DNA of 64,000 nt from Callorhinchus milii (Eukaryota): NCBI RefSeq assembly GCF_018977255.1, contig NW_024704743.1, positions 30,134,001 through 30,198,000 on the forward strand, given 5' to 3'. A program made the translations under genes and the position numbers. Shown in pieces: positions 62,173 to 64,000 of this stretch. A model generated the notes under the pieces. That model saw nothing but the letters and a program-made list of their open reading frames with translations, searched no databases and was not told the DNA's origin. Numbering within the stretch: the stretch's first letter is position 1; every line of letters begins with the position of its first letter.

Positions 62173-62959
62173 GAAGGAAGTGACCATTCTCATAAGTTAA
62201 TCATAGGAACCTAGTTGGCTCTGTGTTTGCTTCTGTGTATGCTGAATCTCTTGTAAACTTGCTGGCATTTTCACACATGTCGCCCCTGCTTTGCAGCGAG
62301 TAGGTTGGCTCAGGACATCCCCACGTCAGTGCCAACATCAAGTGAATAAACGCAGCTGCAAATATCTCATTTAGCTTTGGCTAACCCTGCCAGAAACATA
62401 CTTTATAGCATTGCTGTAGGAGTTGGACTGGGTATTAATTGGAAAACACAGAGGTGAATATTGTGATCCGTAATATAGTAATTATTACCAGGGATAATTA
62501 TCACATCACTGATAAGCATTGTCATCGAGGCCAATTGAAAGTAGAAAACAATTGATTGCTGTGGATGAGACCTTTCTCCTAGTAGCTGTGCCCAAAGCTG
62601 TCTGTACCCTCTGATTATTTTGAGATCTTGGGAACCTGCACTCCAGCAACAACAACAAATTACATGTGTATAGCACATTTCACGTCAGCAGGATGTCCCA
62701 AGGCGCTGGGAATGCTGGGAATGCTCAGATCATTCTAATGTTGTGATCAATGTGCATGTGCTGAGTGGTGGGAGAGGGGGTCACAACCATGGCTAGTGTT
62801 TGGTTATCGACTGGCTTCATTCACTGCTTTATCAATGATGTGATAATCATCATTGGTCATAATTAACAAATCACATGCTGCAATTTTCATTGTACAGTTT
62901 TTTGAGTGTAAGTCAGTTCCCAATTGCTGCTGATTTTAGTTGTGTGGTGGTGAGAACAC

Positions 62960-63165
62960 TCACATTGATCTCAATGCCCTGGAAAAATCGGTCAGGTTTC
63001 CCACTCCTGAATGCTATCTAGCGTTTCCTGATGGAACACACTCCTGTATGGAAGAGGAATGAGTCCTGACTGTAATTTCTTCCCCTTTCTCCTGGTCACT
63101 CTGCTGCACTTCCTGTTTAGGTTTACATAAACAATAGCCACTTGGGCAAGGTACCAGTGGGACCC
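62960..63165 (+). mobile_element. AmnSINE2-like relic
   Basis: gaaaaatcggtcaggtttcccactcctgaatgctatc...aatagccacttgggcaaggtacc. Confidence 0.55.
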
Positions 63166-63870
63166 GCAATCATGCTTTCATCATGTCCAGGCTTGACTTT
63201 GCCAATGCCCTGTTCACTGAATCACCAGGTCTTTTCTATGCATGCTGCAGATGATCTAGAACTCTGCAGCCATGTCCTCTCCCGCACCAGTCTCCGTAAG
63301 CTTATCACCCCCATCCTCGCTCAGCTCCAATCGCTCCCCATTCCTCAATGGATCGAATTCAAGTTCCTTGTTCTTACTTTTAAATCCCTCCAGGGTCTCA
63401 CCCCCTCTGAGACTTCCTACAGATGCAAAAGCACTGTTGCTTTTGCTTGGTGAACACTGGCCTGCTTATCACCCATTGGTGGGTGAGCTTTCATTCCATC
63501 TGTCCCAACTCTCTGGAATGCTATCCTGAGCCCCTTTGACTTGCACCCTCCCTTTCCTCCAAAAAAAAGCAACAATAAAACAATAATAAATTGATCATTT
63601 TCAATCCACGACTGTTTGTGGGACATTGCTGTGCACAATTGGCTGCCGCGTTTCGCCCACAAATATACAGTCAATTCACTTTACAGCATATTCTGTGAAG
63701 CGCTTTGGGACGTCTAGAAGACGTGAAAAGTGCTATGTCAAATGCAAGGCTTATTATTATTATTCAAAGCCTGACTCAACACCTCCTTCTTTGACCATGC
63801 TTTCCATCATCTTTCCCCTCTCCACCGTCCTCAAGCGCTCAAGCTACCCCGCGTGAAGGGCACTATATAA
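63166..63870 (+). mobile_element. Old L2 3' fragment interrupted by a tRNA-SINE 3' half (63555-63762)
   Basis: LSRTSLRKLITPILAQLQSLPIPQWIEFKFLVLTFKSL; SINE body and tail; L2 resumes at ttcaaagcctgactc..cttctttgacc. Confidence 0.82.
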
Positions 63871-64000
63871 TAATAATAATCCTTGCATTTGATATAGCAC
63901 TTTATCATGTCTTTGAGAAGTCTCAAAATACAAGTTACTGTTGTTGTGTTCAGCTCGCACCCCAAGCCAGCTGTGTGAAGTGCTTTGAGATGTCCTCCCA

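Noticed and set aside
1..64000. CRISPR array, operon or other prokaryotic-type system
   Set aside because: The sequence is vertebrate-type repeat-rich DNA; repeated segments are dispersed retroposons, not regularly spaced repeat-spacer units.

Overview
This is AT-rich vertebrate non-coding DNA (large intron or gene desert). The repeat families point to a cartilaginous fish, most likely a holocephalan such as Callorhinchus; that is an inference from recalled repeat consensi, not a database result. No host protein-coding exon, true tRNA, rRNA or miRNA could be confidently identified. The long ORFs I can assign are fragments of L2- and CR1-clade LINE ORF2 or antisense frames of them. The window is dominated by: (i) about 20 copies of a young tRNA-headed SINE with an L2-type tail ending in (ATT)n, in two structural variants; (ii) about 10 older Deu-domain (SacSINE1/AmnSINE1-like) SINEs sharing the same 3' half; (iii) young and old L2 fragments and many tail-only insertions; (iv) CR1 fragments; (v) a palindromic MITE family (GGGGAGAAATTCCACCTGGGTCTA ends, 4 copies); (vi) AmnSINE2-like relics; (vii) a 6-copy ancient interspersed element I cannot assign. 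Several 1-3 kb repeat-poor blocks look like conserved non-coding elements, and one holds a weak candidate first coding exon on the minus strand (40618-40722). I see no convincing novel multi-gene system. The best leads are the unassigned ancient repeat, the MITE family, internally deleted LINEs, a >=146-bp exact duplication around a SINE and the candidate exon. Repeat boundaries were set by eye and are approximate.
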